NCBI RefSeq assembly: GCF_030028105.1
Contig: NC_092395.1
Coordinates: 43,304,459-43,368,458 of the forward strand
Direction: 5' to 3'
DNA: 64,000 nucleotides
Source of the DNA: Mobula birostris
Taxonomy: Eukaryota
Positions 63,541 to 64,000 of the stretch are shown piece after piece. The stretch's first letter is position 1; the number at the start of each line of letters is the position of its first letter. Under the pieces are notes generated by a model that saw only the letters and a list, made by a program, of their open reading frames with translations, had not been told where the DNA came from and searched no databases. Made by a program: the position numbers and the translations under genes.

Positions 63541-64000
63541 GCGACAAAACATGACTGTCAAGCCCCAAATAAATGGACACAAACACAATATAAGGAGAAT
63601 TCAGTGCAAGTGGTAACATTTGAAATAATCGGTTCTCATTGAAAAGCAAAAGAGGGGACTGCAGTACCTAGACTTAGTTCCTTGCCACAGAATGATATTG
63701 CAGTGGCTCCCAGGGGAAAGGATGTGAAACTCAGAAAAATTTATTTCAGTGTCTGACCACCGTAATTAATTTCTTTCACCAGAAATGCTGTTGATGATAA
63801 CAGATACTATTATCATTTAACGGCAGTGAGGAAATAGGTGACAAAGATGATGACATTGATAAGTTCAGCATGAAATCAGAATACAGTACTGATGCATTTG
63901 TCAATGGTATCAAAAAAGTTGAAGAGGGATGCCTGAGTTCTTTTGTACCCATGCTGTGTATATGGCTACTTTAACATCTGGTAAACGGTAACACCCATGG

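Noticed and set aside
1-64000. Prokaryotic systems (CRISPR, operons), rRNA or true tRNA genes
   Set aside because: Vertebrate intron-containing, TE-rich DNA; tRNA-like matches are only SINE heads and PBSs

Overview
Eukaryotic, transposon-dominated DNA, most likely from a cartilaginous fish (ray/skate-like). That assignment is inferred from the Ig light-chain type and the CR1/HER1, Rex1, Penelope and HE1-like repeats. The only intact host gene found is a compact immunoglobulin light-chain cluster on the minus strand: leader 18033-18081, VJ exon 17584-17946, C exon 15262-15584, splicing to 244 aa. It resembles cartilaginous-fish type I / sigma-cart IgL. V and J are already fused in frame with no RSS left (13-aa CDR3), the promoter has an intact octamer/TATA, and the cassette is unusually CpG-rich. 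The rest of the window contains: (1) a decayed intronless USP35 copy abutting a Sushi-type Gypsy gag-protease fragment; (2) three nested, internally deleted LTR retrotransposons (31610-40839), the innermost with identical 614-bp LTRs and a 995-codon RT-remnant/RNaseH/integrase ORF; (3) a Gmr1-like element with PR-IN-RT-RH domain order; (4) solo LTRs; (5) two young CR1 copies truncated at nearly the same point; (6) many old LINE/SINE fragments. Boundaries of old repeats are approximate, and all family assignments come from motif recognition, not database searches.
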